Source: Ignavibacteriales bacterium (GTDB lineage: Bacteria > Bacteroidota > Ignavibacteria > T3Sed10-11). Taken from it: a stretch of DNA of 51,638 nucleotides. Positions 27,399 to 37,559 of the stretch are shown piece after piece. The stretch is taken from positions 1 through 51,638 of the forward strand of contig PWYR01000073.1 of NCBI GenBank assembly GCA_003567775.1. The letters run 5' to 3'. Positions within the stretch are counted from its first letter, which is position 1. Each line of letters begins with the position of its first letter. The notes beneath the pieces were generated by a model that was given only the letters and a program-made list of their open reading frames with translations, made no database searches and was not told the DNA's origin. The position numbers were made by a program, and so were the translations under genes.

Positions 27399-28521
27399 TT
27401 ATACCGATTTTATAACCGATTGTGATCCGTATTCAATGAGAAACGCCTTAATAAATTTATCTATGTCGCCATCCATGACGCCGCGCGTATCGCTCGTCTC
27501 GACATTTGTGCGGTGATCTTTTACCATATTATAGGGATGAAAAACATAAGATCTTATTTGGCTTCCCCATTCGATCTTCTTTTTTGTTCCTTCGATAGCG
27601 TCGCGTTTTGCTTCTTCTTCTTCCCGCATCTTTTGATACAGCCGCGCTTTTAACATCATCATAGCTCGCTCACGATTTTGATGCTGCGACCGTTCCTGCT
27701 GACACGATACGACAATACCCGACGGTAGGTGCCTGATACGAACGGCTGTTTCAACTTTGTTCACATTCTGTCCGCCCTTGCCGCCCGCTCGAAAGGTATC
27801 CATTTCAATATCGGCAGGGTTGATTTCGATATCGACGTCACTTTCGTTTTCAATTTCGGGATATACAAACACGGAAGCAAATGAAGTATGACGCCGCGCA
27901 TTAGAATCGAATGGTGAAATGCGCACTAATCGATGTACGCCATTTTCAGCTTTTAGATAGCCGTAGGCATAATTTCCCTTGACCTCGATGGTTGCGCTCT
28001 TAATACCCGCGCCGTCGCCTTCGAGCATATCAAATAAAGTAGCGGTCAAACCTTTCCGCTCTACCCACCGCATATACATTCGCATAAGCATTTGCGCCCA
28101 ATCCTGAGCTTCGGTGCCCCCAGCACCCGCGTGAATCGTCAGCAATGCGTTGCGTGTATCGTCTTCGTGACTTAACATACTATGGAACTCAAGGTTGGCA
28201 ACTCCTTCTTTCACTCTTTCGAGTTCATCATCGATTTCAGCTTGCAACGAATCGTCTCCCGATTCTTCGGCAAGTTCAATCAGAGTGGCAAGGTCTTCGA
28301 TTTGTTTATTCAGATCAGTCCACGTATCGACCCACTCTTTTCGCGTGTTAATTTCACGCATTACTTTTTGTGCGGTAATGTTGTCATCCCAAAAGCCGGG
28401 TTCCTGCGTCTTTTCCTGGAATTCGGCTATTTCATGTTCCTTCCCTTCAATGTCAAAGATACCTCCGCAGGTATAGAATTTTCGATCGAATATCCCGGAC
28501 TTCAGATTTAATGTCTTGCAT
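27399..28521 (-). CDS. prfB: Peptide chain release factor 2 with programmed +1 frameshift
   Basis: ATG 28521 opens [22 protein letters not shown], ending at CTT TGA C (28458-28452). The +1 frame continues to [11 protein letters not shown] (SPF) and GGQNVNK. Confidence 0.96.
28452..28467 (-). promoter_or_regulatory. RF2 frameshift site (internal SD plus CTT TGA C)
   Basis: CGGAGG-TAT-CTT-TGA-C on the minus strand. Confidence 0.92.
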
Positions 28522-28538
28522 TTTTCCTCACCTCTCGA

Positions 28539-28862
28539 TTAAACTGTTTCTTCTATTTCAAATTCCATGCGCAATAATGCTGCTGCATACGTTTTGCCCT
28601 GTGCATCGATCATAAGAGATTTTGTGCCTCCGCCGCCGAGCGCGCCGTGTAATAAAAAATTTAATGCTCCTAAGTTCGGCAGTTCAAACCGCTCCACCTC
28701 ACCTTTTACCATCTCTCCGAAAAAAGATTTAACTTTTTCGGCGGTAACGTATTTCTTCAAAATCGGATAATGAATTTCCTCACGCGCAATTAAACCGATA
28801 TTAGCAGTATCACCCTTATCCCCGGACCGCGCGTGCGCAATATCAATTAATCGTATTTTCAT
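28539..28862 (-). CDS. AtuA-related small ferredoxin-fold protein
   Basis: IAHARSGDKGD...ALGGGGTKSLMIDAQGK. Confidence 0.85.
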   Translation of the reverse strand: MKIRLIDIAHARSGDKGDTANIGLIAREEIHYPILKKYVTAEKVKSFFGEMVKGEVERFELPNLGALNFLLHGALGGGGTKSLMIDAQGKTYAAALLRMEFEIEETV

Positions 28863-28863
28863 A

Positions 28864-30225
28864 TTATAGTTGCTCTATCGTTATTGACGGTTGCACTGCA
28901 TCTTTAGGGATCAAAGCAGGCCAGAACGCGATCACCTCACTTGGTTTCGGTCGACCACCGGCAAACCCAGTTACACTCGGCGGACCGGTAAGTATCAACG
29001 GTGCAATTTCTTTACCGAAACGCTCGACCGATTCAAAGTCATTTCCCCGAACACCGAACCGTAGCGCCACCTCATTTATTGGATTAGGTATTGCCGTAAG
29101 GTGACCATGACATGCGTTGACGCCGATAAACTCAGTGCGGATTTCATCAAATTGGAGTCCCAAATTTTGAAGACGTTTCCTCAAAATTTTATCTGCCGCC
29201 TGTGCTTTCTCCAGCGCATCGGGCCATGTATACGTCAAAGTACTTACCGCAGTATACCCATCGGTATAGGACATTGAAACTTTATACGTATCGGTACAGG
29301 GTTCGCCCTTTACCCCGGACATTTTAACACGATCTGGTCCGTCATCCGACAGTTGTATAGTCGTAAAATCGGCAACCGTTTCGGGTGTTATATAATTATT
29401 AGGATTACCGATCTCATACAACAGTTGCTCTTTTACCGTTTGTTGAGATACTAAACCGCCGGTGTCTTTGTGTTTCGTAATCACTATACTTCCATCGGCG
29501 TATGCCTCGGCGATAGGGAAACCTATATTTTCAAGATCGGGGACATTTTTCCAATCGGCGGAAAAATTGCCGCCGGTAGCTTGTCCGCCGCATTCCATAA
29601 TATGACCGGCTATTGTACCGGCTGCCAGCTTATCCCAATCGTCTTCGTTCCATCCATATTCATAGATCATCGGTGCAAGAGTAAGTCCGGTATCGGTAGT
29701 GCGCCCGGTAATAACAATATCCGCGCCCATTTGTAATGCTTCAACGATCGGGAATGCGCCGAAATACACATTTGCACTTGAAATCCTGTCGGCAATGGTT
29801 GAAACGACTTCACCTGTTTCCATGTTCCGGAAGTCGATACCATTGGAGCGAAATTCGTCGATCCGTCCTAAAATATCATCGCCCGTTACAACACCGATTT
29901 TCAATCCCTTTACCCCAAGTTTGCGGGCATTATCAAGAATCGCCTCTGCACACGCTTGCGGATTGACGCCTCCCCCATTGGTTATGATCTTTATATTGTG
30001 TTCAACACAATCCGGTAATATATCCGCTATCAGCGGTACCAGATCTTTAGCATAACCGAGTTTCGGATCGCGTCGCTTCTGTTTTTGCATAATGGACATT
30101 GTCACTTCTGCAAGATAGTCCATCACAAGGTAATCAATCGGTCCTTTCGTAACCTGTGCCCTGGGGGCTGTCAGCAGATCGCCCCAGAATCCCTGTCCGC
30201 TCGCTATCCGTATTGGTTCTTTCAT
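28864..30225 (-). CDS. Acyclic terpene utilization AtuA family protein (DUF1446)
   Basis: GFWGD, DYLAEVTM, NGGGVNP, SANVYFG, GHIMECGGQATGGN and EQLLYEI. Confidence 0.9.
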   Translation of the reverse strand: MKEPIRIASGQGFWGDLLTAPRAQVTKGPIDYLVMDYLAEVTMSIMQKQKRRDPKLGYAKDLVPLIADILPDCVEHNIKIITNGGGVNPQACAEAILDNARKLGVKGLKIGVVTGDDILGRIDEFRSNGIDFRNMETGEVVSTIADRISSANVYFGAFPIVEALQMGADIVITGRTTDTGLTLAPMIYEYGWNEDDWDKLAAGTIAGHIMECGGQATGGNFSADWKNVPDLENIGFPIAEAYADGSIVITKHKDTGGLVSQQTVKEQLLYEIGNPNNYITPETVADFTTIQLSDDGPDRVKMSGVKGEPCTDTYKVSMSYTDGYTAVSTLTYTWPDALEKAQAADKILRKRLQNLGLQFDEIRTEFIGVNACHGHLTAIPNPINEVALRFGVRGNDFESVERFGKEIAPLILTGPPSVTGFAGGRPKPSEVIAFWPALIPKDAVQPSITIEQL

Positions 30226-30228
30226 TAT

Positions 30229-32019
30229 TTATGACCGTATTTTTAAATGTAATTCTTTTAATTGTTCATCGGATACTTCCGACGGTGAACCATCCATAAG
30301 CGACAAACCGCTGCTTGTTTTCGGAAACGCTATCACATCGCGGATCGATTTCATACCTGCAAACAACATCACCATACGATCAAATCCGAAAGCAATACCA
30401 CCGTGCGGCGGCGCACCGTATTTAAATGCATTCAATAAAAATCCGAATTTTTCATCAGCTTCCTTCCGTCCGATGCCGAGTTTTTCGAATACCAACGATT
30501 GCAGTTCGGGAGTATGTATTCTTATGCTTCCTCCAGCAATCTCATTCCCGTTCATAACGAGATCGTAGGCGCGCGCTTTCACCCCTTCAACACTATCCTT
30601 TAACTTTTCAATATCTTCTTCACGGGGTGAAGTGAACGGATGGTGCATTGCATAATAACGTTTATCTTCTTCATTCCACTCAAACAACGGAAATTCCGTT
30701 ACCCACAACAAATCGATTTTATTACTTTGCATTCGATCCAGCCGTTTACCGAACTCAAGCCGTAAATCACCCAATACTTCGTAGCACTTCTTCCATGTAT
30801 CCGCGACTATTAAAATTAAATCGCCTGCAACGGCGCCGACTGCTTCCGTTATGGCGCTTAAATCATCCTGCGAGAGAAATTTCTGAACGGGAGTTTCAAA
30901 TCCGTTCTCCGTTACCTTGACATAAACCAATCCCCTTGCGCCCAGCGATTTTGTCAGATCGACAAGATTATCGAGTTGATTGCGGGTGTATGATGCACAT
31001 CCGGGTGCAACAAAGCCGGCAACCGCACCGCCGTTGTTGACCGTGTCGCTAAATACTTTAAATGAAACATTCTTGACAATATCCGACAATGTAACTATCT
31101 CAAGTCCAAAACGCCGATCCGGTTTATCGCTTCCATAACGCTCCATCGCTTCCTTGAAAGTTAATTGATCGAAGGGAGCAGCAACTTCAACATCAAGCAC
31201 CTCTTTTAACAATCGCACCATTAATCCTTCGGACATTGCGAAAATATTTTCTTCCTCAACAAAAGACATCTCGACGTCGATCTGTGTAAATTCCGGCTGC
31301 CTGTCTGCCCGCAAATCCTCGTCACGGAAGCATTTTACGATCTGAAAGTAACGATCGAATCCGGAAACCATTAATATCTGTTTATACGTTTGCGGCGATT
31401 GTGGAAGCGCATAAAATTTTCCTTTATTGATCCGACTCGGAACAAGAAAATCCCGCGCACCTTCGGGAGTACTCTTCATCAAAACCGGCGTTTCTATTTC
31501 GATGAAATTATGTTCATTAAAGTATCTGCGCGCCGCTTGCGCCATTTTATGACGCATGAGTAAATTGTTTCTCATTACCGGTCGACGAAGATCGATATAA
31601 CGATACCTCAACCGGTGATCCTCGTTTACATCCACCCGATCTTGAATATGAAACGGCGGGGTTTCCGCTTTGTTCAATATTTCAAGTTCCTGAACAATAA
31701 CATCGACTTCCCCCGTCGGAATATTGGGATTATATGTACCTTCCGGACGATGCTCGACTACACCTTTAACGGCAATTACATATTCTGCCCGTAGTGTCTG
31801 AGCGCGCCGGTAGATTTCTTCGTGATGCTGCGGCGCAAATACAATCTGTGAGATACCATACCGGTCGCGGAGATCGATAAATATAACACCGCCCAGATCG
31901 CGTCGCGTATCGACCCAGCCGTTGAGAACAACGGTTTCCCCGATGTGCTCTTTGCGTAATTCTCCGCAGGTATGTGTACGCTTAAGAAATGCGTTTCTCG
32001 TTTTTTTCACTATTTCCAC
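30229..32019 (-). CDS. aspS: Aspartate--tRNA ligase
   Basis: RTHTCGELR, STPEGARDF, ALPQSPQ, FRDEDLRADRQPEFTQID and GAPPHGGIAFGFDR. Confidence 0.98.
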   Translation of the reverse strand: MEIVKKTRNAFLKRTHTCGELRKEHIGETVVLNGWVDTRRDLGGVIFIDLRDRYGISQIVFAPQHHEEIYRRAQTLRAEYVIAVKGVVEHRPEGTYNPNIPTGEVDVIVQELEILNKAETPPFHIQDRVDVNEDHRLRYRYIDLRRPVMRNNLLMRHKMAQAARRYFNEHNFIEIETPVLMKSTPEGARDFLVPSRINKGKFYALPQSPQTYKQILMVSGFDRYFQIVKCFRDEDLRADRQPEFTQIDVEMSFVEEENIFAMSEGLMVRLLKEVLDVEVAAPFDQLTFKEAMERYGSDKPDRRFGLEIVTLSDIVKNVSFKVFSDTVNNGGAVAGFVAPGCASYTRNQLDNLVDLTKSLGARGLVYVKVTENGFETPVQKFLSQDDLSAITEAVGAVAGDLILIVADTWKKCYEVLGDLRLEFGKRLDRMQSNKIDLLWVTEFPLFEWNEEDKRYYAMHHPFTSPREEDIEKLKDSVEGVKARAYDLVMNGNEIAGGSIRIHTPELQSLVFEKLGIGRKEADEKFGFLLNAFKYGAPPHGGIAFGFDRMVMLFAGMKSIRDVIAFPKTSSGLSLMDGSPSEVSDEQLKELHLKIRS

Positions 32020-32084
32020 TGACTTAAATTACTTCCGGTTACTTATATCGGTAATGTGGTAATGTAAAAACACCGTAAATTTTT

Positions 32085-32113
32085 AATATACAAAAAGTTA
32101 GGCAAGGGAGCAA
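32085..32113 (-). promoter_or_regulatory. Putative promoter of the aspS operon
   Basis: TTGCTC-N17-TATATT. Confidence 0.5.
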
Positions 32114-32132
32114 TTAATTTAAGGGAATGGGT

Positions 32133-32160
32133 AAAAAGGGCACCGGAAGGATGCCCTTTT
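32133..32160 (-). terminator. Intrinsic terminator after trxA
   Basis: AAAAGGGCA-N9-TGCCCTTTT. Confidence 0.8.
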
Positions 32161-32166
32161 CAACCA

Positions 32167-32496
32167 TTATGCTGTTACAACGTGCTTTTCTACTTTCTCG
32201 ATGAGATGCCGCTTCGGTACGGCGCCGATTATCTGATCGACCACCTGTCCGTCTTTAAATACAAGTAATGTCGGAATACTTCTTACGCCGAATTTACCTG
32301 CCGATTGCGGGTTCGAATCGACGTCAAGCTTAGCCACTTTTATCTTGCCTTCATACTCTCTTGCGATCTCTTCCACAACCGGTGCAATCATTTTACACGG
32401 ACCGCACCATTCCGCCCAAAAATCGACCAGAACAGGTGTTTCGGATTTTATCACCTCATTTTCAAAGCTTGAATCTGTTACTTCAATTGGTTTCAT
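32167..32496 (-). CDS. trxA: Thioredoxin
   Basis: [12 protein letters not shown] and SIPTL. Confidence 0.97.
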   Translation of the reverse strand: MKPIEVTDSSFENEVIKSETPVLVDFWAEWCGPCKMIAPVVEEIAREYEGKIKVAKLDVDSNPQSAGKFGVRSIPTLLVFKDGQVVDQIIGAVPKRHLIEKVEKHVVTA

Positions 32497-32527
32497 GCAT
32501 TCCTCCTTCTTCTAATTTGTAATTTTG

Positions 32528-35500
32528 CTAATTAACGTGTACTGAATTTTCTCCAAGTAATTGATTTACTTCCTGAATAAACGTGTCGTTGGGATTAACC
32601 AGGTAGCGGCGGCTGTACCATTTCTTGGGAGTAGAAACTTCCACCCCTTCAACGATAAATGTACAGGAGCAGTTCCCTTCGTTTTGCTCAATAATGAGTC
32701 TTAATTTTTTTATAGTCTCCTCCTTTATCTTGTTTACATCAATCGATATGATGACATGTTTTGCATAATGGGTATGCGCTTCACTCAATGGATAGATTAC
32801 AGACGGTAATATTTTCAGCGTATCATCGGTTGGCTGTGCTTTTCCTTCTACAATAACTAATGAATCGGGATAGAGAATGTCCTTATGATTTTTATACGGA
32901 TCGGAGAACACTATTAACTCACCTTTGCCCGTAAAATCTTCCATAGTTACAAATGCCATAGTGTTACCTTTTCGATCTATTTTAGTCCGGACGGCGGTAA
33001 CGATACCGCACACACGCACATTCGACTCGAATTTAACAAGCTCGGTTTCGCCGAATTTCGCCGTGGAAAACGCCTCTGCTTCTTTTTCATATTTTTTTAA
33101 CGGGTGACCGGATACGTAAAAACCGAGCAGGGATTTTTCCCGGGACAATTTTTCCGCCTCATTCCACGGTTCTACGTCCGGCAACGCGGGATACTGCGTC
33201 CCTGCATTCCCCTCATTACCGCCAAGTTCAAACAGGTTCTCCTGTCCCGCAAGTTCATATTTCTTCTGAGATTGACCATACGTCATTGCGCGATCAACTA
33301 CAGCCAGAAGTTGTGCTCTGTTCATTTCGATGGTATCGAATGCACCCGCCTGAATCAGACTTTCTATGGTTTTCTTATTTACCGTACGTAGATCAACACG
33401 CGCACAGAATTCAAAAATATTTTTAAACAAGCCGCCTTCGTTTCTTATCCTGACAATCTCCTGCACAGCGCCGGTCCCGACATTTTTTATTGCCGCAAGA
33501 CCGAATCTCACCCCATCATCGGATACGACAAAATTCCAGTCGCTTTCGTTCACATCGGGAGGTAATACATTCAGCCCGAGCTTCCGGCACTCATCAATAA
33601 ACAACACAATCTTATCGGTGTTATTGATCTCGCTTGTCATTGTTGCAGCCATAAACTCCGCCGGGTAATGCGCCTTGAGATATGCAGTCTGATAGGCAAG
33701 CACCGAATACGCGACACTGTGTGATTTATTAAATCCATAAGAAGCAAACTTATCGATGAGATCGAAAATTTCTATAGCGGTGCGTTTTGGCGTGCCTTTT
33801 TCAGCCGCCCCCGCAACAAACGCTTTCTTCTGTTCCGCCATCAATGCTTTATCCTTTTTGCCCATCGCACGACGCATTATATCCGCAGCCGCCAGCGTAA
33901 ATCCCGCAATTTGACTTGCGATCTTCATCACCTGCTCTTGATACACAATTATACCGTATGTTTCCTTTAAAATCGGTTCGAGGTCGGGATGTATATATTG
34001 AATCTCTTTCCTGCCGAATTTCCGGTTAATAAAATCGTCTATCATACTCATCGGACCGGGACGGTACAGAGCATTCATCGCGACGAGATCGTTGATGGAT
34101 TCAGGTTTGAGCTTTTTGAGATATTCCTGCATTCCGCGTGATTCGAATTGAAAAACGGCGACGGTCAAGCCCTTCGAAAATAATTCCAAGGTTTTTGCAT
34201 CGTCCTTGGGGATATCGTCCGGGTCGATTTGTTTCCCATATCTTTCCTTGATCATATCAATGGTGTCTTCGATCACGGTAAGAGTACGCAAACCGAGAAA
34301 ATCCATTTTCAACATGCCGGCATCTTCGAGATCCTTCATATTGTATTGAGTCATCAGCTCGGTTTGAGGAGTCTTATATAACGGGACATAATCGCTAACC
34401 GGACCCGGGGCAATGACAACTCCGGCCGCGTGGGTGCTTACGTTCCTGTTCATTCCCTCGATCACGGTTGAAATTTTGATGAGATCTCTAATCTTAGGAT
34501 CGTTGCTCGTTTTAAGCCATTTTAGTTCGGGGATTGTGTTTATAGCTTCTTTGATCGGCGTTACCCGTCCCTGAAAAACAGGAATTTGTTTTGTAATGGA
34601 CTCGACGGTGCTTAGAGGGATGCCGAGTACTCTGCCGACATCTTTGATCACAGCGCGCGAAGATAACGTACCGAACGTTATGATCTGCGATACGGATTCC
34701 TGTCCGAACTTATCACGCACATATTGAATAACTTTCTCACGCTTACGATCGGAAAAGTCGACGTCAATATCCGGCATGCTGACGCGATCCGGATTGAGAA
34801 ATCGCTCGAACAGCAAGCCATACTCAAGAGGATCGACATTAGTGATGCCGAGCGCATACGCAACAATGCTGCCGGCAGCGCTCCCCCGCCCGGGACCCAC
34901 GAGCACGTCCATTTCTCTGGCAGCTCGAATGAAATCATATACGATGAGAAAATAACCGGAATATCCCATCTTCTTGACAATATCGAGTTCTCTACGCACC
35001 CGCTGCTCTATTTCAGGGGTGATTTCCGCATATCGTTTTCGAAGACCTTCCAGCGTGAGCTTCTCAAAATAATCGTCAAGTGTATTGACGCCTGCATCAT
35101 TCGGGATAGGAAACATCGGCATGTGATTGGTTTTGAGATCAAGCTCCACGTTGCATTTTTCCGCTACTTCAAGAGTGGATTCTATTGCTTCGGGCCACTC
35201 TTTGAACACCTCGTGCATCTCTTCGGCGCTTTTAAAATAGATCTGGTCCGTACCGTACCGCAGCATATCTATATCCTGAGCATTCGTGCTGTTTGCATCG
35301 GGAATCTTCAGCAATACATTGTGTGGAATGGCGTGGTCTTTTTCAATATAGTGAATATCGTTCGTGCCGATAAGCTTTAAACCAAGCTCCGATGCTATGC
35401 GGGGCATACCTTCGAGTACATATTTTTCGGGCGCATACTCATGATTTTGTATTTCGAGATAAAAATCGTCGCCGAAAATCTCTTTGTATATAATTGCAGC

Positions 35501-35995
35501 TTGCTTTGCCGCGTCATAGTTGCCATCGACAAGATGTGCGGCAACCACCCCGCCGGCGCATGCCGAAAGACAGAGAATACCTTCGGAATACTCCTTCAGC
35601 AGCTCCACGTCAATGCGGGGTTTATAGTAGAAACCTTCAATGTGTCCGAGGGTACAGAGTTTAATTAGATTTTTATAACCGGTATTATTTTTTGCAAGGA
35701 GAACAATATGATGGTACACATTTCGCTTTCCGCTTCTACCGTTGCCGTTTTGCTCCGACTTGTCAAACCGGCTTCCTCTTGTCACGATATAAAATTCACA
35801 GCCAAGTATCGGTTTAATCCCGGCTTTCACTGCTTTTTTATAGAATTCGATTATACCAAACATAACGCCGTGATCGGTTAATGCGAGCGCTTTCATATCG
35901 TGACGCTTTGCAGCGTTGATCAGATCATCGGTCGTGGCTGCACCGTCGAGCAAACTGTAGTGTGAATGGTTATGTAAGTGGACAAATTCAGCCAT
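32528..35995 (-). CDS. dnaE: DNA polymerase III subunit alpha
   Basis: PHP-domain HLHNHSHYSLLDG, GPGRGSAAGS, MPDIDVDF, KMDFLGL and YGFNKSHS. Confidence 0.98.
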   Translation of the reverse strand: MAEFVHLHNHSHYSLLDGAATTDDLINAAKRHDMKALALTDHGVMFGIIEFYKKAVKAGIKPILGCEFYIVTRGSRFDKSEQNGNGRSGKRNVYHHIVLLAKNNTGYKNLIKLCTLGHIEGFYYKPRIDVELLKEYSEGILCLSACAGGVVAAHLVDGNYDAAKQAAIIYKEIFGDDFYLEIQNHEYAPEKYVLEGMPRIASELGLKLIGTNDIHYIEKDHAIPHNVLLKIPDANSTNAQDIDMLRYGTDQIYFKSAEEMHEVFKEWPEAIESTLEVAEKCNVELDLKTNHMPMFPIPNDAGVNTLDDYFEKLTLEGLRKRYAEITPEIEQRVRRELDIVKKMGYSGYFLIVYDFIRAAREMDVLVGPGRGSAAGSIVAYALGITNVDPLEYGLLFERFLNPDRVSMPDIDVDFSDRKREKVIQYVRDKFGQESVSQIITFGTLSSRAVIKDVGRVLGIPLSTVESITKQIPVFQGRVTPIKEAINTIPELKWLKTSNDPKIRDLIKISTVIEGMNRNVSTHAAGVVIAPGPVSDYVPLYKTPQTELMTQYNMKDLEDAGMLKMDFLGLRTLTVIEDTIDMIKERYGKQIDPDDIPKDDAKTLELFSKGLTVAVFQFESRGMQEYLKKLKPESINDLVAMNALYRPGPMSMIDDFINRKFGRKEIQYIHPDLEPILKETYGIIVYQEQVMKIASQIAGFTLAAADIMRRAMGKKDKALMAEQKKAFVAGAAEKGTPKRTAIEIFDLIDKFASYGFNKSHSVAYSVLAYQTAYLKAHYPAEFMAATMTSEINNTDKIVLFIDECRKLGLNVLPPDVNESDWNFVVSDDGVRFGLAAIKNVGTGAVQEIVRIRNEGGLFKNIFEFCARVDLRTVNKKTIESLIQAGAFDTIEMNRAQLLAVVDRAMTYGQSQKKYELAGQENLFELGGNEGNAGTQYPALPDVEPWNEAEKLSREKSLLGFYVSGHPLKKYEKEAEAFSTAKFGETELVKFESNVRVCGIVTAVRTKIDRKGNTMAFVTMEDFTGKGELIVFSDPYKNHKDILYPDSLVIVEGKAQPTDDTLKILPSVIYPLSEAHTHYAKHVIISIDVNKIKEETIKKLRLIIEQNEGNCSCTFIVEGVEVSTPKKWYSRRYLVNPNDTFIQEVNQLLGENSVHVN

Positions 35996-36122
35996 TTAAA
36001 AACACAAAATTATTTTTAGCAAATTTTTAGATATTATTTATTTCATTTATATGGTTACTAAGGTAATAAGGTTCATAATCTTTTACATTATAGTACCTGT
36101 TGAGATCCTCATATTCTTAATA

Positions 36123-37547
36123 TCACACAAAATTAAACACCATTATTTTCGGTTCCGTCATGGCCTCGATTGCGTAACGTATCCCTTCTCTGCCGAATCC
36201 GGAATCCTTCACGCCGCCATAGGGCATAGTATCGATCCGGTACGTCGGGAAGTCGTTAACAATCACTCCGCCTACATGTATCTGATCATAGGCATAGAAA
36301 ATATTCCGGAAATCGTTTGAGAATATTCCGGCTTGGAGTCCGTACTTGCTGTCGTTGACGCCGTCAATTGCTTCCTGAATATCGCGATAGCGGTGGATAG
36401 TTGCTACGGGACCAAACACTTCCTCGCTGTATACTCTCATTGACGGCAGCGTATTCGATATCAGCGTCGGTTCGATAATCGATTCTTTTCGATTACCGCC
36501 GAGCAGTGCAGTCGCTCCGCCCTGTTTTGCCTCCGCAATCCATGATTCAACACGATCTGCCGCGGGCTTATCAATCAGGGGACCGACGGTAGTTTCCTCA
36601 TCTAACGGATCACCCAGTTTTAATTCTTTAACGGCTTCTTTGAAACGGAGCAAATAGTCATCATATATGTCTTCGTGTATGAACATCCGCTGGACCTTAA
36701 TGCATATCTGTCCGCCGTATGCATACGCGCCGAATACTATTCTTTTAACGGCGTAATCAAGATTCGAGGTACGATCGACAATGACGCCGGCATTCCCGCC
36801 TAATTCCAGCAACACCTTCTTTTTACCGGCTTTATTTTTCAATTCCCAACCTACCTCCGGACTGCCGGTAAAGCTGAGCATATTAAACCTCTCATCCGTA
36901 ACGAGCTGCTCTGCAACTTCGATGCTGCACGGCAGCACATTAAATGCGCCTGCAGGCGCTCCGGCATCGAGAACAATTTGCGCCAGCCGCAAGCCGGTTA
37001 TCGGCGCTTGCGGAGGAGGTTTTAATACCATTGTATTGCCTGCGGCAAAAGCCGGAGCAAATTTATGTGCTATTAGATTTATCGGATAATTAAACGGGGA
37101 AAAGCCGCTAATGGGTCCGATTGGAAAACGCCTTGTCAACGACCACCGCCGCTCCGAATGTGAGGCGAGATCAAGCGGCATAGTTTCGCCGTATATTCGT
37201 TTTGCTTCCTCCGCAGCAGTTGTAAATGTAAAGATCGATCGATCGACTTCAACATACGCCTGCGAGATCGGTTTTCCCGATTCTTCAGCTATAGCCATCG
37301 CTATTTCTTTACGATCTTTCTTTATTCGATCTGCGATACCCAACAATATCCCGGCGCGTTTGTACGACGGCATTTTCTTTGTCTGTTCAAAAGCTTCGAC
37401 GGAACAGGCGATTGCATCTTCCATATCCTGTGATTGCGCCTGACAAATGTCCGCTATAACTTTCCCGGTGTACGGATTGCGGTTCGGCTCTTTCACGGAT
37501 GATGATCGCCATTCATTTCCGACGAGAAATTTTTGTTCCTGTGCCAT
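36123..37547 (-). CDS. Aldehyde dehydrogenase family protein
   Basis: PFNYP, FTGS, LELGGN, GQICI (catalytic Cys), EEVFGP and YGGVKDSG. Confidence 0.93.
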   Translation of the reverse strand: MAQEQKFLVGNEWRSSSVKEPNRNPYTGKVIADICQAQSQDMEDAIACSVEAFEQTKKMPSYKRAGILLGIADRIKKDRKEIAMAIAEESGKPISQAYVEVDRSIFTFTTAAEEAKRIYGETMPLDLASHSERRWSLTRRFPIGPISGFSPFNYPINLIAHKFAPAFAAGNTMVLKPPPQAPITGLRLAQIVLDAGAPAGAFNVLPCSIEVAEQLVTDERFNMLSFTGSPEVGWELKNKAGKKKVLLELGGNAGVIVDRTSNLDYAVKRIVFGAYAYGGQICIKVQRMFIHEDIYDDYLLRFKEAVKELKLGDPLDEETTVGPLIDKPAADRVESWIAEAKQGGATALLGGNRKESIIEPTLISNTLPSMRVYSEEVFGPVATIHRYRDIQEAIDGVNDSKYGLQAGIFSNDFRNIFYAYDQIHVGGVIVNDFPTYRIDTMPYGGVKDSGFGREGIRYAIEAMTEPKIMVFNFV

Positions 37548-37559
37548 TACATAATTCCG

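Noticed and set aside
34724-35380. 218-aa plus-strand ORF, and the 203-aa ORF at 20315-20926
   Set aside because: Antisense to dnaE and to maf/mutase respectively, with no recognisable domain or RBS.
32528-35995. Possible intein in dnaE (also checked sufB)
   Set aside because: Lengths are normal (1155 and 508 aa), motifs are contiguous, and I saw no intein-type insertion.
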